Source: Octopus vulgaris (taxonomy: Eukaryota). From it: a stretch of 64,000 nt of DNA. Under the pieces are notes generated by a model. It had not been told where the DNA came from. It searched no databases and saw only the letters and a list, made by a program, of their open reading frames with translations. Positions 40,825-54,501 of this stretch are shown here, in pieces; position 1 is the first letter of the stretch; each line of letters starts with the position of its first letter. The DNA lies in contig OX597826.1 in the NCBI GenBank assembly GCA_951406725.2, forward strand, positions 2,294,001-2,358,000, in the 5' to 3' direction. A program made the translations under genes and the position numbers.

Positions 40825-41035
40825 TGAAATTTTGCCACAAGGACAGCCATTTTGGAGAGGGGATGCATCATTTACCTCCAGCCCAGTGTTCAACTGATAC
40901 TTAATTTATTGACCCCAAAAGGATGAAAAGTAAAGTCGACCTCCCCGGAATTTGAACTCAGAACGTTTCGACAAGCGAAATACCGCTAAGCATTGAGCCC
41001 AACGTGCTACTGATTCTACCAGCTCCTCATCTTAA
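40825..41035 (-). mobile_element. Family A SINE
   Basis: Core and head remnants. Confidence 0.8.
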
Positions 41036-41759
41036 CATCATCATCATCAACAACAACAACAACAATAATATCAGTAGTAGTAGTGATAGTAGTAGTAATA
41101 TTAATAATAATAATCCTTTCTACATCCGAAAGAATGTGAATGTAAAACCAAGTGTGGCGGAATTTGAACTCAAAACGTACGGATGAACAATAAAGTTGTC
41201 AAATAATAAAACGCATATAAATATCTCTACTTCAGCTTACCTTGATTTGATAATGCATATATTCTTTCATTGCTTCATCCCATCATTCATATATTCCTTA
41301 ATTTCTTATTCATCATGAAATTCAATCATCGCTAACCGATTTTGGCATCGAATCTATATAACATACGAGAAAAATATCAATTATTTCTATTTAAGTTCTT
41401 TCTTTTAACTTCTTTTTATAAATTGTTTTTTACCATTACTTTTACGTGTAGTATTTTTATATTATTTTCTATAAAATACTTATATTCCAATGTGCTTTCA
41501 GTCATTGAACAATCCACACCACTCTTGATAATGCTTTGCTTTCGAAGAAGAAAATGAATGGAAGGTTTATCAAAATTTTCTACAACGTTGAGGAAGATTT
41601 CAGTCGAAAATAGGACCCACAGCTCGTTAAGATGCTCCAATTTTCACATACAATGAGCAACCATTTATTTTATTAGAAAACTACTCAGCACACAGTCTAT
41701 ATTCGGATACCACCACCCACGGGATAACCACAATTATCTCTCTCTCTCTCCCTCTCCCC

Positions 41760-41805
<46 letters not shown>

Positions 41806-41836
41806 GTCTATCTATATTTATGTATATAAATATATG

Positions 41837-41868
<32 letters not shown>

Positions 41869-41890
41869 TGTATGTATGTATGTATGTATG

Positions 41891-41931
<41 letters not shown>

Positions 41932-43207
41932 GCATATATTTATATATAGGTGTACACAAACGCATGCGCACATATACATATATTTATATGTATATATATT
42001 TATATTTATATGTATGTTTGTCTGTGGCTATATATATATATAGAGAGAGAGAGAGGTTTATGTGGTTCGATTTTGCCTGGTACCATAAACAACATTATTT
42101 GAAGCGGACAATGCCTCGACAGACACAAAGACACACCCACTCACACTCACACACGGATGCACAGACACAAACACACACGTATGCATACACTGATACATGC
42201 CTTGGGTCTCCACATAGTTCCCGTCTACCAATTTAACTCACAAGGCAATGATCGGCCCAGGGATCTAATACAAGACATATACTCAACGTATCGCGTTTAA
42301 ACCAAAACCAAGTGACAGCAAAACAAGGTACTTAACGTAATTTTAATAAACAGTCCGAAAGTATGAAAAGCAAATTTGATCACGGCAAAATGTTTAATCA
42401 AAAACTTTTGCGAAATTACATGGCCGTGATGACACCTGAATACGTATCAGCCAGCATCAGCTGCGACATCAATAAAAATCATTGACTGTCCACATAATCG
42501 TTTAATCTGATAGACTTTATATCTAAATATCCCTTAAAATCACTTAAAAACTTCTGCTTAAGTCAAAAGAAAGACGATTTAGAAAGCGGGATAAGACAGT
42601 TTTAAATACACCATGTTTAAATAATAAATGAGATGGAACTGGTTTGCTCTGTCATGCGCAAACCAGGAAATAAGCGAAAAATTTAAAAGAAGTCTAGTCG
42701 ACCATTACCACTAGCACTCTTCGGATTAACTTAGTATCTACAGAAATAAATACAGCGATCATAACCAGAAGAAAGTTTTGCTCTAGAAGAATGGCGTTGT
42801 GATTAAGTGAAAGTCTTTTATCAGTGTCATGCTCAGTCGGAGCTAACCTGGGGTTAAACACCAAGAAAAAACAACACCACAAACTAATATCATTTCTAAG
42901 ATATATTAGATTTACTTACAATTCCAATGCTATCTTTATTTTTAACCTCAGGTGTTTTATAATTATTTTATCATTTCTTTTCTTTCTCCCAGACGAGAAA
43001 CTATTTTCACATCCATTTCTTTCTGAAAACTTAAGCTATTTTCAAATCCATTTCCAATATTCTATTCAACTTTGATATATTTACAGAATAATCTAGAACA
43101 TAGAATTGGAATTACAAAGAAACGGGACAAAAGTCGATCAACTACACTTCAATATAGGTGGGGCGCAGTTCTAGAAAGGGGAACCTTATGCCTTAGTTAC
43201 AGAGAGT

Positions 43208-43245
<38 letters not shown>

Positions 43246-44029
43246 GAGAAAAGAGAGAGAAACAATAGGAAGGTGTTTGCTGTGGAATGGCGGTAAAATA
43301 GCTGATTATAAATTTACAAAGGGAATGTTGTCATACGGTCATACGGAGTCTAAGATAGTGATGTTCATGCCATATCATTCTACTGGTTGTTGACATGTAC
43401 ACCAACGTGAGTTACAAACATATTCACACATGCACACCAACACACACACAGACACACACACACACACTCGCATACACATACACACAAACACACATGTGGT
43501 TTTCTTGTATAACTCTACCACAACATTGATATAGCATGATGTCTTTGAAAGAGATTAAAATTCTGGTAATACTAATCCTTGCTTCAGGGTTCAAGTTTAA
43601 GATTTTTTGCATAAATACATACATACATATTTGACTGTTAATGTGCGCGCGCGAGAGCATGTGAATCGAGGTGTGATTTTCAACAATTAGATAAGACTGT
43701 AAATATATTATATCATAATAAAATAACAAAAAAGACTTGTCAAATACAGCTACCCAAGGTCCTTATTGATATATTAATTCATTTCGCCATTTATGAAGCT
43801 GATAAATACAATACTGTTTAGTAACTGCATCCAATGCAATCAAAGTTTGAGTCAGGACGCACATTTAAAGATAGAGAGAAGACATACTTGAAAAATCTTC
43901 CCAATACGACGCTAAGGCTTTATAAGATCGCTACTTCACTGATGCTATCTTTTAGGGACCCCTGCTTCCTCAAGTATCAAGTCGTAAGAATAGGTCCTGT
44001 AAAATTTTGGGGTTCACCACGCCATTCTC

Positions 44030-44480
44030 TTTAAACGTTAACAGATATGTAAATAAAAGATGCTTAATTGTATTCGATAATCACTTACCCAACTAGCATA
44101 GGTACGTAAAGATATTTGATAAGCCACAAATAACAAACATAGCCATGCCCCCACTAATGTAAAAGCCTACATCGAGAAACATCCGATTACTCAGGCCTTT
44201 CTGGATGTACATGTATAAGTATAGATAAATCTAAACATCTTCTGGGGCAAACATCCACTATATCCTCCGCAGTTTATGAAGCACTGGTATCAGCAAACTA
44301 TGGCAAATGTAGGCAGAGATCAAGTGTTATACTGGATCTGTTGAAGGAAAATTTAAATCCAGATACAACCTTTAGATACCCAGAGGCGAGACTTTCGGCG
44401 TAAATCTGCAAAATTTGAAAACGATAACGTTGCTACAAATACCATGAGTGAAATATTTTCTACTTGTCCGTATTATACAA
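44030..44480 (+). mobile_element. Penelope-like relic (RT-to-GIY-YIG region)
   Basis: DNHLPN*HRYVKIFD, SAVYEALV and KCYTGSVEGKFKSRYN match the GIY...YIG pattern of PLEs. Confidence 0.6.
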
Positions 44481-44849
44481 AATGAATTTCAGTGGAAAAT
44501 TACGGATAAACAGCCAGCCATTCCATAATGCATTCCAACGTTGGTTTATGTAATTTTTTGCTATTTGTAAGACACTGGTTATAGCTACTATGAAGTTAAT
44601 TATCTTCCCTTGCTGCCGCTCTTCTAAATATGCATGGTCATCAAAAGCGCGATAGCATCGAATGCAGTTACTGAATCGTCTTGTTCTTACTTGTTTCATA
44701 AATGACAAAATAGATTAATATATCAACATGGACACCCTGGATAGTTTTCCTATGTGTGTGTTGCTATATACATTAATACACACACACACACACACACACA
44801 CTAACAAGGACATGCTGCTTCTGCAGCTATTGTTGTTGTTAACATTCTG

Positions 44850-45108
44850 TAGTATTATTTTTATCACGTGCTTTCACTTCACTACCGAGCACAGCTTTGT
44901 GTGCCTTGGGAATGTGCTGTGGTTTGCTGTGATGCTTTTATTTCTACTGCACTGAAAGTGTTTTACGTTGGATGTGTGCAGTGTCTAGTAGTTCTATTTT
45001 CTGTATGTTATATATATACATGTTAGTGCTGGTGTCTTTGCTATGTATTTCTTTGAATATTTTTTTATCATACCTAATGCGCCTATTATGAGAGGAATTG
45101 TTTCTGTT
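44850..45108 (-). mobile_element. Older 3' end of the same Dong family as 11249/54502
   Basis: YNIQKIELLDTAHIQRKTLSVQ plus the matching 3'UTR (GCTTTCACTTCACTACCGAGC). Confidence 0.85.
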
Positions 45109-45230
45109 ATTGTTGTTGTTCTTCTTCTTTCTTCTTCTTCTTCTTCTTCTTCTTCTTCTTCTTCTTCTTCTTCTTCTTCTTCTTCTTCTTCTTCTTCTTC
45201 TTCTTCTTCTTCTTCTTCTTCTAATTATTA

Positions 45231-45318
<88 letters not shown>

Positions 45319-45329
45319 CATTATTATAA

Positions 45330-45638
45330 TTTTATGTTTGACCTTTGCTTTGCATTTGTACAAACTTGCTCCAAGTCTCACCTAGAGACCGCAAGAGACA
45401 ACAATTTGGAAGTTCATGTTGGTGTTATGTCTAGAGTACCATATATTTGGTTTTGTGCATAGTGTTGCTGTAGAGAATATTTAAGAAAACATAAGAAAAT
45501 TGTTTGTTTTAAAACTCGAGATTACATAGAAAGTATTTTGCGTATGATATGGACAGTTCTTATGAGTACTATCTTTTGAATTACTGCCATTTTGGGGTTT
45601 CCTGGTAACTGAGCTAGGTTGCAATCATCCCCTTTTGC

Positions 45639-45640
<2 letters not shown>
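45330..45640 (-). mobile_element. 3' end of a second Dong/R4 subfamily in (TTA)n
   Basis: IAKG...LPGNPKMAVIQKIVLIRTVHIIRKILSM* and a different 3'UTR; TTA arrays on both sides. Confidence 0.7.
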
Positions 45641-45722
<82 letters not shown>

Positions 45723-45837
45723 CATTATTATTATTATTATTATTACATTTTGGTGATCAGTGAATATACTTCACTGAAAATATATACATATGTTTACAAA
45801 GTCTAGACAGGTATCTTCAGCTGCAGGCCATGCTACT

Positions 45838-45877
45838 CCAGACCGATGACGAGAAAAACTTAGAAACCTGTCTCTGG
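45838..45877 (+). ncRNA. Minimal type I hammerhead-ribozyme-like motif (variant core)
   Basis: CCAGA-CCGATGA-CGAG.AAAAA.CTTA-GAAA-CCTG-TC-TCTGG; perfect 5-bp stem I. Confidence 0.55.
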
Positions 45878-46663
45878 CTGCAGGCCTAGCTGGTTAAGGG
45901 GTGCTTGCCCCCCCTTTGTAAACATAAGGACACAGGAAATGTGTCAAGGCCGGCAGGAAGCGTTGATGTTTCCTAGGGCTAAATAACGGTGGTGTGATTC
46001 CCTTTATGGGACTGTCACATTAAGTTGACAGTATACAACCACTCTATCGTTCCAGCACTGCTTATATCTCTGAGATATTTAGAAATTTAATATTTCTAAT
46101 AAAAAGAAAATTTTATTGAAATAATTATTCATAAACCAAATAACGCAAGTATATATGATTTCTGTGTGTGTGTGTGTGTGTATGTGTGTGTGTGTGTGTT
46201 TGTTTGTTGTGCTCGCGTGCGTTTGTGCATATGTATGGATAATAACCACACACCCACGCCCGCACATAATAATTACATTACATACAGACATACACAAATG
46301 CATTCTGTCGCTTGCTATTTCAATCTTTTGTTCCATTGTAAAACGTAGACAGAAAATGTGATAGTAAGAGATCTGTCATGTCCTTCAATATAATTAACCA
46401 TCTTCAACCAAAATATATTGTTTTATTTATCGTATCTGTTCTACATCTCCACTCTACACTCAAGAGATCCCAGATTAGAAACTACGAATATTTTGAACAC
46501 GTAGCAGTAGATATAAATGAACGTCTTCTATAGAAGCAGCTGACAATTTAAATTGCGATATAAGTATCGCATTTAAACATCTGAATGAATCATATCTATA
46601 TTTAGGCAGCAGGCCAATTTTCTAAGGAAAGTCGCCTTAGTGGATTCATTTCAATCTATCTAT

Positions 46664-46760
<97 letters not shown>

Positions 46761-46794
46761 ATACCTGTGTGCATCTGTGTGTGTGTGTGTATTT

Positions 46795-46990
46795 CTTTCA
46801 GTTTTTTACCTGTTTCGGTCTTTTCACTGCGCCCATACTGAGCACCGTCTGTAGTCGAGCAAATCGACCCCAGGACTTATTCTTTGTAAGCCTAGTACTT
46901 ATTCTATTGCTCTCTATTTACAGGGACGTAAACACACAAGCATCGGTTGTCAAGCGATGTTGGGGACACAAAAACAGACGCATACACACA
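46795..46990 (-). mobile_element. Family B SINE 3' half
   Basis: TCGACCCCAGGACTTATTCTTTGTAAGCCTAGTACTTATTC...GTTGTCAAGCGATG. Confidence 0.8.
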
Positions 46991-47057
46991 TACACATATA
47001 TAGTTAAACTTTACTATAGCTTCGTATATTATTATTATTATATGTCTCATATCTTCG

Positions 47058-47577
47058 ATGTATTAGTTTAACGGTCGGGAAGTGAAAAAGTCTTTAACGT
47101 TTCGAGCCTACGCTCTTCCACAGAAAAGAACACAGAAAGAAACAAGGAGAGAAAATAAAGAATGTGTAGTGGCTATCGATCTATGTGGTAGTGGGACCAG
47201 TGAAACTTGAGAATATTTGGTCCTCAAAGTAGCCAACGAAGAGTCCCACATCCACACATCCAAACACCTACACATACACACACATACACGTCACGGTCAC
47301 CAGCCTTCTTCCACACGCACATACATGCTCTCTTATACACAAGCACGCGCACCTTCGTTTTGGGATCACCACTACTTTATTATCTCCACTACTGTATTAT
47401 CTCCCCTTCTTACTACCTCTCCTGTGTGTCCCCTCTGTCTGGCACTCACCATGATCGCTAGCCACTACACTTACTTTATTTTCTTTCCTTGTTTCTTTAT
47501 CTGTTCCTTTCTGTGGAAGAGCGTAGGCTCGAAGCGTTAAAGATTTTTTCACTTCCCGAGCGTTGAATTAATACATT
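47058..47577. repeat. ~124-bp inverted repeats around a ~270-bp spacer (Penelope pLTR-like)
   Basis: 47058-47181 is the reverse complement of 47453-47577 with a few substitutions; each arm carries a hammerhead-like motif. Confidence 0.85.
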
Positions 47578-48105
47578 CGTTTGGTGTCTACACCACCTGT
47601 TTTTATGTTTTTTGGTGATTTCTCCCATATATATATATACATACACATATACATGTATTATGATATTATAATATATATATAAATACGCGAGCGCACACGC
47701 ACACGCACACATACACACACAAACACACACATACACACACACATAAATATAGAGAAACACGTTGCTTCACGTGTACAATTTGATATTTCACATATAGATT
47801 TTGATTGATATGAAATATTTTATATCCCAAGGAAAAATGCTGAATCAATATGATTCTCACATAACGAGTAAAATTGTAAATAAAATGCAATAAAGCAATA
47901 CATCATATCTGTAGTTTTGTATTTTATACGGTGTTCTACCACCTAACATCATGACCGAGTTTAAATACTCTTTGGAACTCACGTTTCTTCATATCCCCAA
48001 ATTTTTCATATGGAAAAACATGAATATCACTTTTATTTATGCTTTTAAAAATGTAATAAAATAACATTTTTGAATACGCCAAAGCTCGAATTTGAGTTAT
48101 AGAAC

Positions 48106-48163
<58 letters not shown>

Positions 48164-48377
48164 ATATTTATATTCATCTATCTCTCTGTCTGTCTGTCTA
48201 TGTATCTATCTCTCTGTTTATCTGTCTGTTTCCTGCCTGTCTGTCTGTCTGTCTGTCTATCTGTCTTACTGTCTGTCTTTCTATCAATCTATATATCTAT
48301 CTATCTATCTATCTCTCTCTCTCTCTCTCTATATCTATCTATCTATCTATCTATATATCTATCTATCTATCTATCTA

Positions 48378-48427
<50 letters not shown>

Positions 48428-49104
48428 ACTATTTAGCTATTTGCATGTATGTATGTATCTATCTATATATCTATCAGTCTATTTCTCTCTCTCCTCCTCC
48501 TCTCTCTCTCTCTCTCTCTCACTAAAAACATGTCTGGTAATTTAATTTTATATCTCTAGCTGTAATTCATTTTTACTTTTTATATCTTTCATTGTATCTC
48601 CATTCGCATCATTAAACAATTTACAGGTCATTATCCATTTACTGTAGCGAGCGTTATGATTTAGATGTAAAACAACTCTTTCCTCTGCTGGAGACATCCC
48701 AATTTCAACAGCATAACTAATCTATTTTCGAAAGCCACGAGACTCATGATATACCATTTAACTTTCCCCTAAAATATTGCACTGCATGTGGTATGAAAAT
48801 ATATGCGAAGTTGTACACATTTTAATGGCTCCGCTATCTCTGTCGTCGACGGCAGTTACCGTTAGTAAGTCACCCATAACCACGTTTCACCGTTTCCTTA
48901 ACAAGGCATGGAATTACATAGTGTGAATACCGTAACTCAGCAGGTTAGTTGTCAGTGATCTGAGATTATTATTCGCTGCTTCTAACACTCCAAAAGCCTT
49001 CGTATTAAAAGTGTACGTTTTCTTAATTCTTAGCTTCTTTTAGACACATACTGGTCACTTTCCAAAACTGAATATAATCATTATTTTTTAATTTCTTTTT
49101 TAAC

Positions 49105-49430
49105 TTCTTTTAGTCATAAGACTGCAGCCATGCTGGAGCACCGACTAGAATTTTTAGTCGAATGAATCGATCCCACTAAATATGTTTTAAATCTGGTACT
49201 TATTCTGTTGGTCACTTCTGTCAAACCGCTCAGTTACCGGAATGCAGATAAACCGGCACCTCTTGAAAATCGGCGTTTGTGGAACAAACACAGACCCCAC
49301 GTCACACACACACATAAATATACGTACACATATATGTACGACAGGTTTCTTTCAGAATCTGTCTTTCTAATTCATTCACAAAGCTTTGAAAACACTTGAC
49401 CAAGGTGCCACCCAGTCGGACGCAACCCGT
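49105..49430 (-). mobile_element. Degenerate family B SINE
   Basis: GACTGCAGCCATGCTGGAGCACCG...CACTTGACCAAGGTGCCAC. Confidence 0.75.
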
Positions 49431-49599
49431 TTGAGGCCGATATTTTGTTCTGGCCTGAGTCGTCAGTAGAATAGCCGTTATTTCTTGCACGTCAAACAAC
49501 AACAGACAATCTTCGTGGAATTTACTACTGTTTAAACTTAGCGGACATGCAACCAATACATTCTAACGATCTCCGATCGGTGAGTATGATTTTCTTTGC

Positions 49600-49762
49600 A
49601 TTCCAGGTTCAATCCCACTGCGTGACGTCTTGGGTAAGTCTCTTCTACTATAAAATCAGGCCGACCAAAGCCTTGTAAGGGGATTTATTAGCTGGAAACT
49701 GAAAGAAGCCCGTCATATAATATTTATATATATATATATACATACATATACGCTGTATTATT

Positions 49763-49798
<36 letters not shown>

Positions 49799-49852
49799 GT
49801 ACATATACACTAATATTTATATATATTATATATATACATACATATACACTGT

Positions 49853-49891
<39 letters not shown>

Positions 49892-50160
49892 CATATACAC
49901 TTATATGTGTTTGCATGTGTGTGTGTGTGTATGTCTTTGTGTATATGTTTTTACACCGCCGCATGATAACTTATGTTGGTGTGTTTATGTCCCCGTAACT
50001 TAGCGGTTTGGAAAAAGATCTGGGTAGAATAATAACCTGGATTTACCAAAAAAAAATAATAAAAAAACAAAAAAAACAACAATAATTACTGGAGTCGATA
50101 AGATCGGCTAAGATGCTTCCAGGTGGTGTCCCAGCATAGCTGAAATCTAATTACTGAAAC
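49600..50160 (+). mobile_element. Family B SINE with expanded internal microsatellite
   Basis: GGTTCAATCCCACTGCGTG...GGAAACTGAAAGAAGCCCGTC, ~230 bp of TA/TG repeats, then CCCCGTAACTTAGCGG...CTGAAAC. Confidence 0.78.
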
Positions 50161-50218
<58 letters not shown>

Positions 50219-50257
50219 ATATATATATATCTATCTATCTGTCTGTCGGTCTGTCTC

Positions 50258-50342
<85 letters not shown>

Positions 50343-52039
50343 TTATATATATATACACAAACATATTAACCAGTTTTTTTTCTTCTAACGGTGTAGAATT
50401 TGACATGGGGCTGTCTTTCCTTGCAAGTCGAGCGACAATATAGCGGTTTCGTCATTAGCTCTTCCCTTCGTGAAATTGAAACCCCATGTTATAAAATAGC
50501 TTGCTGCTAACGATCACAGGAAATTTGTTTTTCATATTCATAGATAAACTGTATCTAGCCGCGAGGGGGTGTTTGCAAGATGATTGAAGTGTTCCCGATT
50601 TGCATTCCCTTATCATTTCTTCAATGTGTTTATAACCAGAAGTATACGATATCTCTGGATTTGGTTATCTCTATGTGAACCGCGTATATAAACGGCGATG
50701 GAACTAAGCACTCTATCTCTCATTGAATATTGAATAATTGACGAAGTAGCTTTTGTTTTCGATTCTGAATTTGTAATCCTTAGATTAACGATTCCTTGGA
50801 AACGAAAGCCTCACGTGAGGTCCCTAAGATAGATTGCTAGAAAATGAAAGCTTCAGGCGGAACCATAAAGACTAAAGGCACGGAGAAAAAGCATGAGGAA
50901 TACAACTTCTTAATGTAGATCTATTACAAAAGAGTACGAATTGAAGGAGTGTTTGTAAATACAAATATATGTATGTGTATGTATCTGTGTGTGTGAAACG
51001 TTGTATATGCCTCGCTATCAAAAGTGGTTGGGTTCGATTCTGCATAACCGAATCCTGGACATTTAATTTCTTTCATAATGTCGGGTCGATCAATGCTGTG
51101 AGAATAATTTACGGAGACAGTAAGAGCATGAAATCTTGTCATATGGTTTTAGTCTTCATTTTATCGTTCCCTTTTCTGATGAACCACAAAATTACGGAGA
51201 CGTAAACGAATCTATAGCAATTGACAACATAGATGTTAGGATCTTAACGACACTTAGAACAAACACCTCACTCAGACAGACAAGGGAGGTGACACATATA
51301 ATAGAAAATAGACTGAGACTCAACATAAAAGGTGAATGGAGAAATAAGTCCAACCTAGCCTACCACACAACACAACCTGACGACTAAAGGCACACATAGA
51401 TATACTAAGGATGGAACGAAAAAATAAGAAAAACGAATAGATAAACACATAAATAAAATACGCAGGAACGAACGGTGTAATATACAAGCACATATACTCA
51501 CACATTTAACATATATAGTAAACATATAGACACACACGAATTCATATGTAAACGCATGCACAGATAGAGGTTGAAATAAGCAGGACACGAAAAGACACAT
51601 GGGTTAGAGATTTACTGATGAGGTCACAAACGTATGACGAAAGAACCGTTAGTGAGGTATAAAGTAAAAAATTACGAATGAAATCTAAATCGAAGACCAA
51701 ATAATTTATTGTATTATTGCAAAAAAATGACCATTCGCAAGTAAAAATCTCCCTCTCATTGTGTATGTATATATATATATATATATAATACAAATAAGAA
51801 AATGGAGGACAAATTTAGTTTGTTCATCAACTTTCGGATATTAGAATGCTGGATTATTTATTCATTCAACAAAATGAGAACCTCAATATCATGCATATAT
51901 ATCTTATAATTCAATACATATAAGATGAGATTACCAATTATATACAATGGATAGACCATAGTTAAATTCCAGGTTCGGTGATTATGCGAATAAGGGATCC
52001 AACTTAGGTCATATATCAGCGTGTACATAAAAAAAAATG

Positions 52040-52304
52040 TTCGTAATTAGATAAAAAAAACAAGGCAGTGTAGATTTTAGAACATTTATAAATAGAATGC
52101 CTTACAGCTGTTTCTAAGATATATATTATATCCCTTTATCGGAGACGGTGTGAGAAGATGGTTAAATTAACTATTGCTTAACCATACTCTCACACCGTCT
52201 CCGATGAAGGGATATACTATATATCCTAGAAACAGCTGTAAGAAATTCTATTTATAAATGTTCTAAAATCTACACTGCCTTGTTTCTTTTTATCTGATTA
52301 CGAA
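52040..52304. repeat. ~126-bp-arm palindrome with 12-nt spacer; each arm carries a hammerhead-like motif
   Basis: 52040-52165 is the reverse complement of 52178-52304; motif TCT-CCGATGA-stem-GAAACAGCTGTA-AGA at 52198-52243. Confidence 0.9.
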
Positions 52305-52388
<84 letters not shown>

Positions 52389-52661
52389 TTATACTTGATG
52401 ATGATTATTCGTTTTGTGATTATACACTCGCTCTCTCTATATATATCTATATATATGCTGTGTGTATTTTATTGATCGTAATATCTATCTATATCAATAT
52501 ATGTATGTATATACGGCATCAAATTAAGAAATCCATATTCAAGGACTTAATCTGTGCCGTGCGATATTAAAAATACTTACTCAAAGTCTAACTCAGTCAG
52601 TTTGAACCCGAAGCTCGTGATTTCGAAGGCAAGTTTCTTAACAACACAAATATGCGTGCAG

Positions 52662-52706
<45 letters not shown>

Positions 52707-53620
52707 TATGCATGCATGTATGTATAAATATGGAACTTGAAAATATACGCGGATATTTTTGTGTGTGCAAATATGTGTGTGCGTGTATGTGTGTGCACAT
52801 GCGTATAAATATGCATTTGTTAATGTATGAAGTTACAGAATATAACTAACATAATGTAACTAAATATCCTTGTGTGTCAACAGAACTTTTCCCCAAATGC
52901 CAACGATCGGTCACGTGAAACAGCCATTAGAGCAGATCGTAAAAATGTAAAAAAAATATTTCACTTTAAGTTAATGAAGCACTCTTATACACACACCAAT
53001 TCATTAAAACCGCAACCTATCTCGTTACTATTTACATTTTGTCTCTTGTTTGCAGTTGTTATGTTTAATTTTTTCTCTGTTTTTGTATCATCTTTGCACT
53101 ATCAACCACTAACGCAATACGAAACACCGCAACCAATTATTTCTCCTCGGTAACCCTATGAAAGGCAATGAGCAGACGTTCACAGCATAGCAAACATGAC
53201 ACCAAAAGACAACAGATACACTCCCATCTTTTTTCCTGCTGTGTTTTTTTATTTTCAGACAGCAGATATGAATACACATGCGCACACAGAAGCTGACGCG
53301 GTAACCAACCAATAAAACAGCCTCCTTTCGGAAGCTTGTGTGACGCGTAAGGTTGCATAAAAAACATATTCGTATGTGTGTATGTGTATGCTTTCTTCTG
53401 TGTTTGTGTGTACACATACAAACACACACACACACATGCACATACATATGCTCACCCAATTTCAGACACACGTCCATCTATCTACCTATCTATCTCTGTC
53501 TTTTCTCTCTCTCTCTCTCTCTCTATCTATCTACCTATCTGTCTCTATTTGTCTATCTGTCCATCTATCAATATATCTATCTACCTACTTACCTACATAC
53601 CTACCTACCTACCTATCTCA

Positions 53621-53656
<36 letters not shown>

Positions 53657-53685
53657 CTACCTACCTATCTCTCTCTATTTCTATC

Positions 53686-53726
<41 letters not shown>

Positions 53727-53786
53727 ATGTCTATCTATCTATCTATATATTATCTATCTATCTATATACATGCACACGCATGCACA

Positions 53787-53827
<41 letters not shown>

Positions 53828-54501
53828 ACACAAACACAGACACACACACACACACATGCATGCATATACATGGTCTGCACAGAAACACAGACCAACGTAT
53901 ACGATCGTCTTCGTTCGTTCTCAGATGTTTATTTCGTTGGTTGTTAATCAGTGAAGTCGCTTAGAGAATGAGCAGCAAACACCGATGTTTGTTTTGTCTC
54001 ACCATGTATTAGTTCAGTGTTACGTTTCCACGTCCCTCGCTATCGCTAACCAACCGCTTACACTTTATGAAATATCTTACAGCATTTGTTTGTTGACGCT
54101 GCCTAAGCCTCTCTCTATCCTTTTACCCTCTTGCTCGTTTATGCTTTCTCTGTGTGTGAGTGTCTCTGTGAGGAGTCTCTCTCTCACTGTCTCTCTCTCG
54201 CTCTCTCTCTTGACTGTTTTGAGGCCCCCCACTCTGTCTCTTCTATCCATGATCTATGTCTCGTTTACCGATTTTTGGTTCTTTCGATTTCGTCTTCATT
54301 TCCGATTTTTCTTCAAACTTTCTCGTTCCTCATTTTCCATTCAAACTTGACGGTGCTGATGATCATGTGACATATAGTAGAACCATAACGTTATTGGTAG
54401 TGACTATAACAACTTATTTGGTTGCTACTGTAGTTATTGTTGTTGTTGTTGTTCTTCTTCTTCGTCTTCTCATTATTATTACTATTATTATTATTATTAT
54501 T

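Noticed and set aside
51172-51210. CTGATGA-ACC...GG-AGACGTA hammerhead-like string
   Set aside because: GAAA and stem II are too degenerate to support a call.
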